From Candidatus Zixiibacteriota bacterium (GTDB lineage: Bacteria > Zixibacteria > MSB-5A5 > UM-FILTER-46-8), in contig JALSTH010000033.1 of the NCBI GenBank assembly GCA_026983835.1, positions 1,213 through 65,212 on the forward strand: 64,000 nucleotides of DNA, in the 5' to 3' direction. The notes beneath the pieces are model-generated. The model ran no database searches and was not told where the DNA came from. It worked only from the letters and a program-made list of their open reading frames with translations. The position numbers and the translations under genes were made by a program. The stretch's first letter is position 1; each line of letters opens with the position of its first letter. Below are positions 20,159 through 29,609 of the stretch, in pieces.

Positions 20159-22510
20159 TTATTTTTTGTCGTCCAATGCTATCTTAAAGACTTCTTCCAC
20201 CCTTTCGACTACAATAAACCTAATGGCTGATTTAACCTCATCGGGGAGTTCAGCCAAGTCCTTCTCATTATGCTTTGGCAAAATAACCGTTCTAATCCCC
20301 GCTCGGTAAGCCCCAAGGGATTTTTCCTTGATCCCGCCGATGGGCAGGACATCCCCTCTCAAAGTTATCTCCCCGGTCATCGCCAGATGAGGTTTAACAG
20401 GTCTATCGGTTATCACCGACAGCAGGGCCGTCGCGATAGCTATTCCCGCCGAGGGACCGTCTTTCGGCGTAGCACCCGCCGGAACATGTATATGGAAATC
20501 GAAGCTCTCAAAAAACGAGGGATCTATTCCCCAAATGGGTGAACGACTCCGAATAAATGATAACGCCGCTTGCATAGATTCACGCATAACATTTCCAATA
20601 TGTCCTGTAAGGGTCAGGGAATTCCTGCCTGGCATTTTTATCGCTTCGATAAATAAAATCTCTCCGCCGACTGAGGTCCATGCCAACCCGGGGACAACGC
20701 CGATACGCGGTTTCTCGAACGATTTCTCCCGATAAAACCTCTCCGGACCGAGGTATTCCATCACTTTCTCCGGCGTTATGACTATTTCTTCGGCATTTCC
20801 TTCGGCTGCCGATTTTGCAATTTTGCGACAGATATTTGACACTTCTCTGGTTAAATTCCTCAATCCGGATTCGCGAGTATAATCATCTATTATTTTAATA
20901 ATAGCCTCATCGTTGAATTTCACCATTTTCGGAGACAGCCCATTTTTTTTAATTTCTCGATTGATGATGTATTGTTTACTTATGGCGAGTTTTTCCATAT
21001 CGGTATAACCGGGAAGGTAAAGGATTTCCATTCTATCCAGCAAAGCTGAAGGGATAGTCTCCATAACATTGGCGGTGCCAAGGAAAAAAACCGGCGAAAG
21101 GTCGAAATTCACATCGAGATAGTGATCGGAAAAATTATTGTTCTGCTCCGGGTCCAATACTTCAAGCAACGCCGATGATGGATCGCCGCGGAAATCCTTC
21201 CCCAATTTATCCAGCTCGTCCATCATTATAACGGGATTATTCGACTGAACCCTCCGCAGCGCCTGAATAATCCGCCCGGGCATCGCACCGACATAGGTTC
21301 GACGATGTCCCCTTATCTCCGCTTCATCGCGCACTCCTCCCAAAGACATACGGTAAAATTTCCTGCCCATAGCACGGGCTATCGATCGTCCCAAAGATGT
21401 TTTTCCAACTCCCGGAGGTCCGACAAAACATAAAATGGGACCCTTTATTGAGGGGTTCAGTTTCCTGACTGACAGGTATTCCAATATTCTCTCTTTTGGT
21501 TCTTTCAAACCATAGTGATCCTCATCGAGAATGCGGCTGGCTTCGGTAATATCGAGCATATCGATACTGCTTTTATTCCAGGGCAAGGATATCATCCAAT
21601 CGAGATAAGTACGGGAAACCGTGTATTCCGAGGCAGCGGGATTCATTCGACTAAATCTATCCAATTCGAGAAGAGCGGTTTCCTTTGCTTCTTCGGTCAT
21701 TCCGACCGCTTCTATTTGTGTTCTATAAGATTCTATTTCTTCGGTTCTATCGTCACCTTCCCCCAATTCGCGTTGGATGACTTTCATCTGCTCGCGAAGG
21801 ATATATTCCCTCTGCGATTTTCCGATTTCCGCCGATGCGTCCTCTTTTATCTTTTTCGCCACATCGATAATTTTTATTTCCCGTTGGATATGGGAAGAAA
21901 CTAATCTCATCCTTTCCAAAATATCGAATGTCTCTAATATAAACTGTTTTGCGTCGTATCCTATCTTTAGATTCGACGCAATTGTATCGATTAAATTAGA
22001 CGGGTCATCAGTATTGGCTATTGTCTGCCATATATCATCGGGCAGATAATTAACCTTATCCATAAGGTCGCGCATCAAGTCTTTCATAGTCCGCATAACG
22101 GCTTCGGCTTCAACCTCACTTAGGGGTGCTTGTTTAACAATACTTACCTCCGCTTTGGGATATGGCGCTGTTTCGAGTATTTTCAATACCTTAAACCGTT
22201 CCACCCCTTGCACCAAAACGCGCATACTGCCATCATGAAAACGTAGCATCTTCAACACATAAGCGCTGGTCCCCACATCGAAAATATGTAGTCCATTATC
22301 TTCGGTGATGTTCCTATCCTTATGCCCTATAATGCCGATCGGTTCGCTTTCCATAATCGCTTTATCGAGCAACGGGGTATATTCGCTTTCCATAATAACT
22401 AAAGGAATCGACATCAGAGGAAAAACTACAGTTTCCTTTACTGGTAATATGGGTAATTGTATTGTTGCTGAAGTTTTATCGATACCTTGTTGTGTGTTGC
22501 TTGGATTCAA
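20159..22510 (-). CDS. lon: ATP-dependent Lon protease
   Basis: N-terminal LON domain, AAA+ Walker A (GPPGVGKTS), and a C-terminal protease with the catalytic PKDGPSAG. Confidence 0.95.
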   Translation of the reverse strand: MNPSNTQQGIDKTSATIQLPILPVKETVVFPLMSIPLVIMESEYTPLLDKAIMESEPIGIIGHKDRNITEDNGLHIFDVGTSAYVLKMLRFHDGSMRVLVQGVERFKVLKILETAPYPKAEVSIVKQAPLSEVEAEAVMRTMKDLMRDLMDKVNYLPDDIWQTIANTDDPSNLIDTIASNLKIGYDAKQFILETFDILERMRLVSSHIQREIKIIDVAKKIKEDASAEIGKSQREYILREQMKVIQRELGEGDDRTEEIESYRTQIEAVGMTEEAKETALLELDRFSRMNPAASEYTVSRTYLDWMISLPWNKSSIDMLDITEASRILDEDHYGLKEPKERILEYLSVRKLNPSIKGPILCFVGPPGVGKTSLGRSIARAMGRKFYRMSLGGVRDEAEIRGHRRTYVGAMPGRIIQALRRVQSNNPVIMMDELDKLGKDFRGDPSSALLEVLDPEQNNNFSDHYLDVNFDLSPVFFLGTANVMETIPSALLDRMEILYLPGYTDMEKLAISKQYIINREIKKNGLSPKMVKFNDEAIIKIIDDYTRESGLRNLTREVSNICRKIAKSAAEGNAEEIVITPEKVMEYLGPERFYREKSFEKPRIGVVPGLAWTSVGGEILFIEAIKMPGRNSLTLTGHIGNVMRESMQAALSFIRSRSPIWGIDPSFFESFDFHIHVPAGATPKDGPSAGIAIATALLSVITDRPVKPHLAMTGEITLRGDVLPIGGIKEKSLGAYRAGIRTVILPKHNEKDLAELPDEVKSAIRFIVVERVEEVFKIALDDKK

Positions 22511-22617
22511 AACATCCCCCCTTTGTATATGCGGTTCAAGAATTCCATTTTTTCAACCCCTTATAGTATTATTTCGGTTGATTTTAGTATGAAGTTGATT
22601 AAAAGGAACTAAATTTT

Positions 22618-22926
22618 TTATTCGTCTTCCGGCACCCCGCGATAATCCCTAACGGTTTTTTCGATCCATTTTTCGAACTTTTCGACTTTGCTTTCCAACA
22701 TAAAATTAAGTTCAAACTTGTTGTCCGAGTTGGACATCGCCCGCCTTGGAGTAAACAAGAAATCCAAATCCTTTTCGATATATTTCCTCTCCCCCCTGAG
22801 CTCAGCGCTTCCATCGGGAAGGTAATCCAATCCCCCTTCAAACTCGATTTCATATTTCCCCGGTTCGGCGATTTTGGTTATAGTCATTCTAAAACCGGAG
22901 AATTGCCAAATCCTTTTATTTGCCAT
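22618..22926 (-). CDS. Hypothetical small protein (102 aa)
   Basis: The ORF lies between ychF and lon on the same strand. I recognise no family. An overlapping 84-aa frame is probably spurious. Confidence 0.3.
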   Translation of the reverse strand: MANKRIWQFSGFRMTITKIAEPGKYEIEFEGGLDYLPDGSAELRGERKYIEKDLDFLFTPRRAMSNSDNKFELNFMLESKVEKFEKWIEKTVRDYRGVPEDE

Positions 22927-22955
22927 AAAAACTTCTCAGCCGACCTATAGCTAAA

Positions 22956-24035
22956 TCAAACATTAAACCTGAATATGATAACATCACCGTCTTTAACAAT
23001 ATAATCTTTACCTTCGAGGCTCAATTTTCCCTTTTCACGAGCGACCTGCCAACTTCCAAGTGCGTCCAAATCATCATAGGAAACTACTTCGGCTTTAATG
23101 AAGCCCCTCTCGAAATCGGAATGTATCACCCCCGCCGCCTGTTTCGCGGTCATTCCCCTTTTTATAGTCCAGGCGCGAACCTCCTTTTCGCCGGCGGTCA
23201 AAAACGAAATCAGCCCCAATAATCGGTAGGATTCATTGATAACAATATCAATCGCCGGTTTCTCTATCCCCAAACTTTTTCGGAATTCTTCTCTGTCCTC
23301 TTTGCTCAATTGAGAAATTTCCATTGAGATTTCAGCACAAAGCGCCACTGCGGAAGATTGGCTCGGCTTAAGAATCGATTTTATTTCTTTTGGTATGTTA
23401 TAACTTTCGATCCCATCCTCGGATATGTTAAGGACATAAATCTGTGGCTTGAGGGTCAGAAATCCAAACCCCGATAATAGTTTTAGTTCCCCTTCGGTTA
23501 AATCGGTGTCCGCTAAAAATACCTCATCCTCCAAAGCTTCCCTGCACTTTTTAAGTACTTCCAATAATTGACCTGCTTCTTTCGATTTAGCCACTCTTTG
23601 TGATTTCTCAAGCTTTTGGATATTATTATCCGCCAAAAACAAATCGCTGAAAATCAACTCCGAATTTACACTTATTATATCCCGCGCCGGATTCACGGAA
23701 CCATTTGGATGCGGAACGCTCTGTTTATCGAAAACCCTGACAACCTGCGCAAAGGCATCGACCTTCCTTAATGCGGTTATATAAGCGGTTTCCGTTTTAG
23801 AATCGCTTCCTCCCGTCATTCCGGCGATATCGATATAAAGGATTTCCGCCGGCGTATACTTTTTCGGATCAAATATCTCCGCCAATCTATCCAAACGCTT
23901 ATCGGGGACTTTGACCACAGCCCTATTAGCTTCCTTTGTCAGGGAAAAATCCCCCACCGGTGCCTGCTTTCCCGTGAGTGCATTAAAAAAGGTTGTTTTC
24001 CCCGATAAGGGCAATCCTATTATTCCTATCTCCAT
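22956..24035 (-). CDS. ychF: Ribosome-binding ATPase YchF (Obg family) with a C-terminal TGS domain
   Basis: G1 motif IGIIGLPLSGKTTFFNALT, YchF-type domain order, and a C-terminal TGS. Confidence 0.9.
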   Translation of the reverse strand: MEIGIIGLPLSGKTTFFNALTGKQAPVGDFSLTKEANRAVVKVPDKRLDRLAEIFDPKKYTPAEILYIDIAGMTGGSDSKTETAYITALRKVDAFAQVVRVFDKQSVPHPNGSVNPARDIISVNSELIFSDLFLADNNIQKLEKSQRVAKSKEAGQLLEVLKKCREALEDEVFLADTDLTEGELKLLSGFGFLTLKPQIYVLNISEDGIESYNIPKEIKSILKPSQSSAVALCAEISMEISQLSKEDREEFRKSLGIEKPAIDIVINESYRLLGLISFLTAGEKEVRAWTIKRGMTAKQAAGVIHSDFERGFIKAEVVSYDDLDALGSWQVAREKGKLSLEGKDYIVKDGDVIIFRFNV

Positions 24036-24119
24036 TTTTTTAACTCATATAAATTAGTTGCTCAAGTTTAACAAGGGATTCGATTTTTCACTAACCGGTT
24101 GACGGGTTAAATTCACTTT

Positions 24120-24836
24120 TTACAATCCCCTTACGATTATATTCTCTCCCGTAATGGCTGAGGAATCATCCGAAGCCAAGAATAAACAAACCTTGGCGAC
24201 ATCCATAGCTGTGAGAGGGGCTTTCGCACCGGGGAAAGCTGTTTTGAACATATCCGTATCGACACCGCCCGGGCTGACAGCATTGACCCTGATTCCGAAT
24301 TTCGCCCATTCCAAAGCCAATATTTCAGTTAGTCCCCATAACGCATATTTCGAAATATTATACGCTCCCATATCCGGGAATTTCGGCACCCCGAAAACTC
24401 CTGAGAGGGATGATATATTTATTATGGTCCCTCCATATTCCTTCATCAAATCAAAAGCCATACGGCTACAGTTGAAAGCTCCGAAAAAGTTGGTTTCTAT
24501 AATGCTTCTCAAAAGGGATGGACTGATTTCCATCATAGAGGCCTTTTTCAAAATCGCCGCTGAATTAACTAAAATATCGATATTCCCAAATTTATCCCTA
24601 ATTGAATTAAATGCTGATTGTATTTGGTCCAGTGATGTTATATCACAATTCTTCGCAAAAACAACAGAGCTGTTTATTTCTGATATCTCATCTGAAGCCT
24701 TTTTAAGATTCTCGGAATTTCGTGCTATCAATCCGATATCCGCTCCATTAAGAGCAAATAGTTTTGCAATGCCTTTACCTATTCCCCTGCTCGCTCCGGT
24801 AATAACCGCCCTTTTCCCTTTAAGTTTTTTATTCAT
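24120..24836 (-). CDS. SDR-family NAD(P)-dependent oxidoreductase
   Basis: TGASRGIGKGIA Rossmann motif and the catalytic YxxxK (YNISKYAL). Confidence 0.8.
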   Translation of the reverse strand: MNKKLKGKRAVITGASRGIGKGIAKLFALNGADIGLIARNSENLKKASDEISEINSSVVFAKNCDITSLDQIQSAFNSIRDKFGNIDILVNSAAILKKASMMEISPSLLRSIIETNFFGAFNCSRMAFDLMKEYGGTIINISSLSGVFGVPKFPDMGAYNISKYALWGLTEILALEWAKFGIRVNAVSPGGVDTDMFKTAFPGAKAPLTAMDVAKVCLFLASDDSSAITGENIIVRGL

Positions 24837-24889
24837 ACTATTTAATAAACTATTTTTTCGAGGGTAGGCAAATGATTTGTGAAATCGTA

Positions 24890-24932
24890 AATAAAAAAAG
24901 CCCGAGGCTATACCTCGAGCTTAATTCGGGCT
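24890..24932 (-). terminator. Rho-independent terminator for the 24956..25735 gene
   Basis: Hairpin agcccga...tcgggct with an inner cgagg/cctcg stem; on the minus strand it is followed by UUUUUUUA. Confidence 0.55.
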
Positions 24933-24955
24933 AAATCCAGCTTGAAACTTTCCTT

Positions 24956-25735
24956 TTACTTAATCAAAGTTAAACGTTTAGTGATGGCAGTACCGTTTTC
25001 AGCATAAAGACGATAGAAATAAATCCCGGTCGATACCGTTTCACCATTGTTGTTGGTGCCATCCCATATAACCCGATGGGGTCCGATGGAACTAAATCCG
25101 TTTACCAAAGTCTTTATGCGGCGTCCCAAGATATCATAGATATCCAAACGAACATTACCGCTTTCAGGTGTTTGGTAAACGATCGTGGTCTGGGCATTGA
25201 ACGGGTTCGGGTAATTTTGTCTTATATCGTAGTCTTTAACAACTATCGCATCGTTGTTTTCAAAACAACCCTTTAGTTCAAATTTACCGTCGCAGTCAAT
25301 GCCTCCATCACCCTTGTAATCAATTGTGAAATTGAGGCTGCTGGAATCATAAATGACAGGGTCTTGGCCCCAGATGTAATCGCCGATATATACTACATAA
25401 GTATATACGCCGGCTTCCATACAACCGGGTATCCTTTGGTCGATATTCCTGCAAGACATAGTATCGCCTGCCGCTATCCAGATTTCACCTCCATTGATTG
25501 GACCATATACATCCCCCGAAGGGAAATCCAACATCGCCCAAAGATCAATATTAGTATTTTGGTTCGTATTATTTACGACCCATGCATGAAATTGAAACCA
25601 ACCTCCCCAGAAACCAAATTCGATTGGCGGGTTTACAGGTTCAATTTGAACTTGAAAATCTTGAGCCAACGCCGAAAATGTTAATCCGAAGACCAACGCA
25701 ACTGCTAACAAAGAAATAATTACAGTTCTTCTCAT
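24956..25735 (-). CDS. Secreted protein with a T9SS C-terminal sorting domain (259 aa)
   Basis: Signal peptide; Cys-rich body; C-terminus YPNPFNAQTTIVYQ...VRLDIYDILGRRIKTL...GIYFYRL...KRLTLIK (Por secretion CTD). Confidence 0.8.
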   Translation of the reverse strand: MRRTVIISLLAVALVFGLTFSALAQDFQVQIEPVNPPIEFGFWGGWFQFHAWVVNNTNQNTNIDLWAMLDFPSGDVYGPINGGEIWIAAGDTMSCRNIDQRIPGCMEAGVYTYVVYIGDYIWGQDPVIYDSSSLNFTIDYKGDGGIDCDGKFELKGCFENNDAIVVKDYDIRQNYPNPFNAQTTIVYQTPESGNVRLDIYDILGRRIKTLVNGFSSIGPHRVIWDGTNNNGETVSTGIYFYRLYAENGTAITKRLTLIK

Positions 25736-25911
25736 AAAGAGACCTCCTTTAGAAGAAAAATATTAAATAAATTTTCTTAATGATAATCATTTCACAATTT
25801 CCGACAATACCCTTAAAGTAGAAATTCTTAATTTAACTAAAATATACTCAAAATGAAACCAATTGTCAAGGTTTTTTACACTGAAATATCGTTTTTTTTT
25901 TGGCCACTATA

Positions 25912-27300
25912 CTATTTCTGTAGTACTATTTTAATAGCGGTTACCTCATCGTTTATTTTAAGCCTACAGAAATATATCCCGCTTGCAACCGCTAATCCAT
26001 TATCAGTTATCCCTGACCAAGTTATGGAATTAGTTCCTTCTTTTTGGTATTTATTTATTAATTCAGCAACCTTACGTCCGGTTATATCATAAATGTCCAA
26101 TTCAACTTTTGCCGTTTTTTTCAAAGTATAAGTAATGTTTATGCTTTTATTAAAGGGGTTCGGATACGCGGAGACAAGGTTAAAGTTTTTCGGGGCGCTA
26201 AGGTCGCCGCCATATCTCTTCGATCCTTCTTCTTTGGAAAAATCTATGGCATCCCAAGAATAGGCTGTATCTGGATAGGTGCCGATAAAAGCATAGAATT
26301 TATAATCCCCTGCCGGAGCAATCCCCGGTATCCACTGTCGCAGATTTAGGTATTTCCGAGATTCGTTTGGCCCAAGTTGAATATTGTATGTTTTAACCTC
26401 ATACCATTCGTCTTCATCAAGGTGTTCGGCTTTCGTCCAAACATTGCAGGTAAGAGAATCATAGGTTAAATTTGAAACATAACCACGCCATTGAATATAT
26501 CCGCCTTCAGGGGGGATAGTTGTCAGATTTGGTATTTCCTCCATTTCAATACGAGCCAAACCGATATCTAAATCCTTCAAATAAATTCTTGATCCCTGTA
26601 AAACTTCTTTTGTCTCATTTTCCTGAACAAAAGCCGTAAAGCCGACCTGGTTTTCATCATAATCATCCGGGATAGAGAAAGTTTCCATAAAACCAATATC
26701 CCCACTCTTGTCAAACTCCACCGATTCCCCCATTGTTGAGGGGAGGAAAGCAAATACGGTATTGTTATGCCAATCCAAATCATAAGCATCTTCAAAATAA
26801 GCACTATCCCTAAAAACCATAGCCCTCATATAGTAATCCCCGCTCGGTATTTGATCAACCGGCGAAATGTTGACAAAGATCACCCCGCGGCGGTCCGTCG
26901 GAATATAATACCCTCCTATGCTCATTTCTAAAGGGGAAGGTATTGTAGCCTCATCATATATCGCTTCACCCCAATTACTATATTCGGGACCTGCCCTATC
27001 ACCATCAATAGCCATTTCCGGCAGGAAGCCGACTACATAATAATCCTTTTTCGCATCCAACTCCTCAGGAATAACATCGTGAAAAGGATCATAAGGAGCA
27101 AGATGATATCTGATATTCGTAAAAAGATTAGGGTGTAATTGTTTGAGCGAATCCATATATGCTTCTGCCTTCAGCGAATTATGGCAATAGACATTGGCGA
27201 ATTGCTCACATACCACCATTCTCTGCGCCGAAAATGCAGAGTTGTAAGTTAAAAGCCCCGATAACAGAATTAGTATAACAACCCATCCTCGCTTTAACAT
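25912..27300 (-). CDS. Secreted protein with a T9SS C-terminal sorting domain (462 aa)
   Basis: Signal peptide; CTD AYPNPFNKSINITYTL...VELDIYDITGRKVAEL...GIYFCRLKINDEVTAIKIVLQK. Confidence 0.8.
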   Translation of the reverse strand: MLKRGWVVILILLSGLLTYNSAFSAQRMVVCEQFANVYCHNSLKAEAYMDSLKQLHPNLFTNIRYHLAPYDPFHDVIPEELDAKKDYYVVGFLPEMAIDGDRAGPEYSNWGEAIYDEATIPSPLEMSIGGYYIPTDRRGVIFVNISPVDQIPSGDYYMRAMVFRDSAYFEDAYDLDWHNNTVFAFLPSTMGESVEFDKSGDIGFMETFSIPDDYDENQVGFTAFVQENETKEVLQGSRIYLKDLDIGLARIEMEEIPNLTTIPPEGGYIQWRGYVSNLTYDSLTCNVWTKAEHLDEDEWYEVKTYNIQLGPNESRKYLNLRQWIPGIAPAGDYKFYAFIGTYPDTAYSWDAIDFSKEEGSKRYGGDLSAPKNFNLVSAYPNPFNKSINITYTLKKTAKVELDIYDITGRKVAELINKYQKEGTNSITWSGITDNGLAVASGIYFCRLKINDEVTAIKIVLQK

Positions 27301-27449
27301 ATAACCACTACCTCCTTATTGGTATAGAAAAGAAGAAAAGAATAGCTTACGGATAGCGAAATCAAGACATCAGAATTTTTAAAGAACTCCCCCTATTACT
27401 TTTTGTAATATAATGTAATCATTTTGAATTGTCAATTAAAATATCCGCC

Positions 27450-27497
27450 CGTTAATTAAAATTTAATCGGGTGCGGTTGGACGAGACCAACCGCACC
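27450..27497 (-). terminator. Terminator for the 27533..29314 gene
   Basis: An 11-bp perfect stem ggtgcggttgg / ccaaccgcacc; a U-rich tract follows on the minus strand. Confidence 0.5.
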
Positions 27498-27532
27498 TAA
27501 AATTGGGGATTTTAACCAATTGAGCGAATGAT

Positions 27533-29314
27533 TTACTTCAACAGAGTCATCCGCCTTGTCATTGTTTCGCCATTAGCAGATAATTTATAGAAATAAATTC
27601 CCGACGGCATAGAGGAAGCATTCCAGTTAATAGTATGTTCCCCTGAATTCATTGTATTATCGAGTAAGGTAGCGACCTTTCTGCCCAATACATTATAGAC
27701 TTCCAAAGTAACCTTCGATGGCTTCTCCAGCGAGAATTCTATATTTGTCGAAGCATTAAATGGGTTCGGATAGTTGCCGTAAAGTTTGAATGAAGTTGGT
27801 TCATTTGCTTCTTCTCCCACACCTACTATCCCCTTAGGTACTTTGAGATATAACACAGGGTTTTCGGTCTCGGCACCTTCGCCCTGAATATAAGCACCGG
27901 CATCCTTATCGTTGATGTAGAGTATATGGAGATAATCATCCACATATTCGCACAGCGACGACCAATGGTCACTATCGCAATCTCCGGGCAAGCAACCTTC
28001 GGTATGAGAATTAGTCAGATTAACCGGCGTACCCCAGGTCGCACCTCCATCACCGGAGGCGGCTGCGTAAATCTCTCCGTTGGAAAACCCGCCGGCCGAT
28101 ACATCGGTGGAATCGAATTGCGTCCAAATGACATAAAGGTTATTATCATCATCGACACCGATCGATGGCTTGCTCAAAGTTAGGTTTGCGGCTCCGGTAT
28201 AAGCGTTCCAGTATCCATCGGCTATCATTGAAATACCGGTAGCCTCAGACCAGTGGAACAGGAACGACGATACATACAAAGCATCGTTGTCAGCATCATA
28301 GACACCGGAATTCCAAATGATATGCAAGTTATCGTTGAAATCATAAACAGCGTCTAAATCCAACCATGCCCTCAGCGTATCCGAGTATTGGTAATTCGTA
28401 ATATTTATTGGATGTCCGAAATTCCATGTCTGTCCATCTGCAGATTCCGTATAAAGAACATCCCCAAGATATATGGTCGCATCACCGGGGAAATTTTTGG
28501 AATAGACGATAGCTACTTTATTCGATACCGGTGAGGAGACAGGGAAACAGGTAATTTGGTGAGTTGTATCGACAACCGCTAAACTTGTCCATGTTGCGCC
28601 ACCATCCTCTGAGCGGGTATAAAGGGAGAGATCTTGGTCGGAGGTGCTGCCATTTATCCTTGCCGTTAAATGTATAAATCCTTGGTTATCTACCGTGATA
28701 TAGGGCCAATATGCCTCCGGATAACCGGGATAAACCTCCGGAGGGTCATACAAAGTAAACAAACCACCGCCTCTTATGGCGTCCACCCCGAGCGTTAGAA
28801 ATAAATTAGCACCATTATGATAAGCTACCGCCGCGGTGTTATCCGAGAAAATATCCATATTGGTATAACCTGCACCCGCCACACTGCTAACAGCGGTCCC
28901 GGTTTGCCCTGCGGTCCATTGACCGCTCTCATCCACAAAATTGTAATAGACATGACGATCACCGTTGGAAAGCTTATTCATCCAACAGAAATGGATCCCG
29001 TTCAACGAATCCCTAACCACCCTATTCCCGGTTACACCGTTAGTCTGGTATTCATAGAAAGTCGTTCCTACTGTATCTCCGGGAGAGGAAGTAATTCCCG
29101 CCGGGAATATACCTATGGGCAGCCGCGAATTAACCGAATTCAGGTCGTCGACATTAACCCGTACATTTACTTTCTGGAAATCAGGCCTTGCGAATAATGG
29201 CACCGAAACCAAAAATATCCCCAGGGTCACGGCTAAAATAACTTTGAATCTCATAGCAACCTCCTTTGCTTTTGCACCAATTTTTCGGGGCAAATAAATA
29301 CCCCGTTGCACCAT
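27533..29314 (-). CDS. BNR/Asp-box repeat protein with a T9SS C-terminal sorting domain (593 aa)
   Basis: Signal peptide; Asp-box motifs (SEDGGATWTS, SGDGGATWGT); DNLHIIWN and EGCLPGDCDSDHW blocks; CTD YPNPFNASTNIEFSL...LEVYNVLGRKVATL...GIYFYKLSANGETMTRRMTLLK. Confidence 0.8.
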   Translation of the reverse strand: MVQRGIYLPRKIGAKAKEVAMRFKVILAVTLGIFLVSVPLFARPDFQKVNVRVNVDDLNSVNSRLPIGIFPAGITSSPGDTVGTTFYEYQTNGVTGNRVVRDSLNGIHFCWMNKLSNGDRHVYYNFVDESGQWTAGQTGTAVSSVAGAGYTNMDIFSDNTAAVAYHNGANLFLTLGVDAIRGGGLFTLYDPPEVYPGYPEAYWPYITVDNQGFIHLTARINGSTSDQDLSLYTRSEDGGATWTSLAVVDTTHQITCFPVSSPVSNKVAIVYSKNFPGDATIYLGDVLYTESADGQTWNFGHPINITNYQYSDTLRAWLDLDAVYDFNDNLHIIWNSGVYDADNDALYVSSFLFHWSEATGISMIADGYWNAYTGAANLTLSKPSIGVDDDNNLYVIWTQFDSTDVSAGGFSNGEIYAAASGDGGATWGTPVNLTNSHTEGCLPGDCDSDHWSSLCEYVDDYLHILYINDKDAGAYIQGEGAETENPVLYLKVPKGIVGVGEEANEPTSFKLYGNYPNPFNASTNIEFSLEKPSKVTLEVYNVLGRKVATLLDNTMNSGEHTINWNASSMPSGIYFYKLSANGETMTRRMTLLK

Positions 29315-29520
29315 TTGTTATTTTTAGTGTTTATGTTGACTTCATAATTTAAATAAACCTTTGGTTTTATTTATATCGGTATAATGTTAACATAAATAAA
29401 CTTTTAGTGTCAAGCGCAATTTATTCAATTTTCAAATCAATGATAGGATATAGCATTTGGCTTATATACATCATCCTATTATAAGGTTTTCAGTTAACAT
29501 TATTTGCAATAATATCCATA

Positions 29521-29575
29521 TAAAAAGTCGGGAACCAATATAAGAAGGTGCGACCGGCCAAGAACCGATCGCACC
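29521..29575 (-). terminator. Terminator-like hairpin for the 29610..31388 gene. It is paralogous to the 27470 hairpin.
   Basis: Stem ggtgcgaccgg / ccgatcgcacc (10/11 bp) with the same aggtgcg...cgcacct ends as the neighbouring terminator. Confidence 0.4.
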
Positions 29576-29609
29576 TCAAAAATCACAGGGGTTAACCTGA
29601 AGTTTTTGG

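Noticed and set aside
22599-22853. 84-aa ORF overlapping the 102-aa hypothetical gene in another frame
   Set aside because: The translation is Lys/Ser/Gly-rich and low-complexity, and it lies wholly inside the longer ORF. It was treated as spurious.
24154-24867. 237-aa plus-strand ORF covering the whole SDR gene
   Set aside because: It is a mirror ORF of the minus-strand SDR CDS. The minus strand has the clear Rossmann and YxxxK motifs; the plus-strand translation has none.
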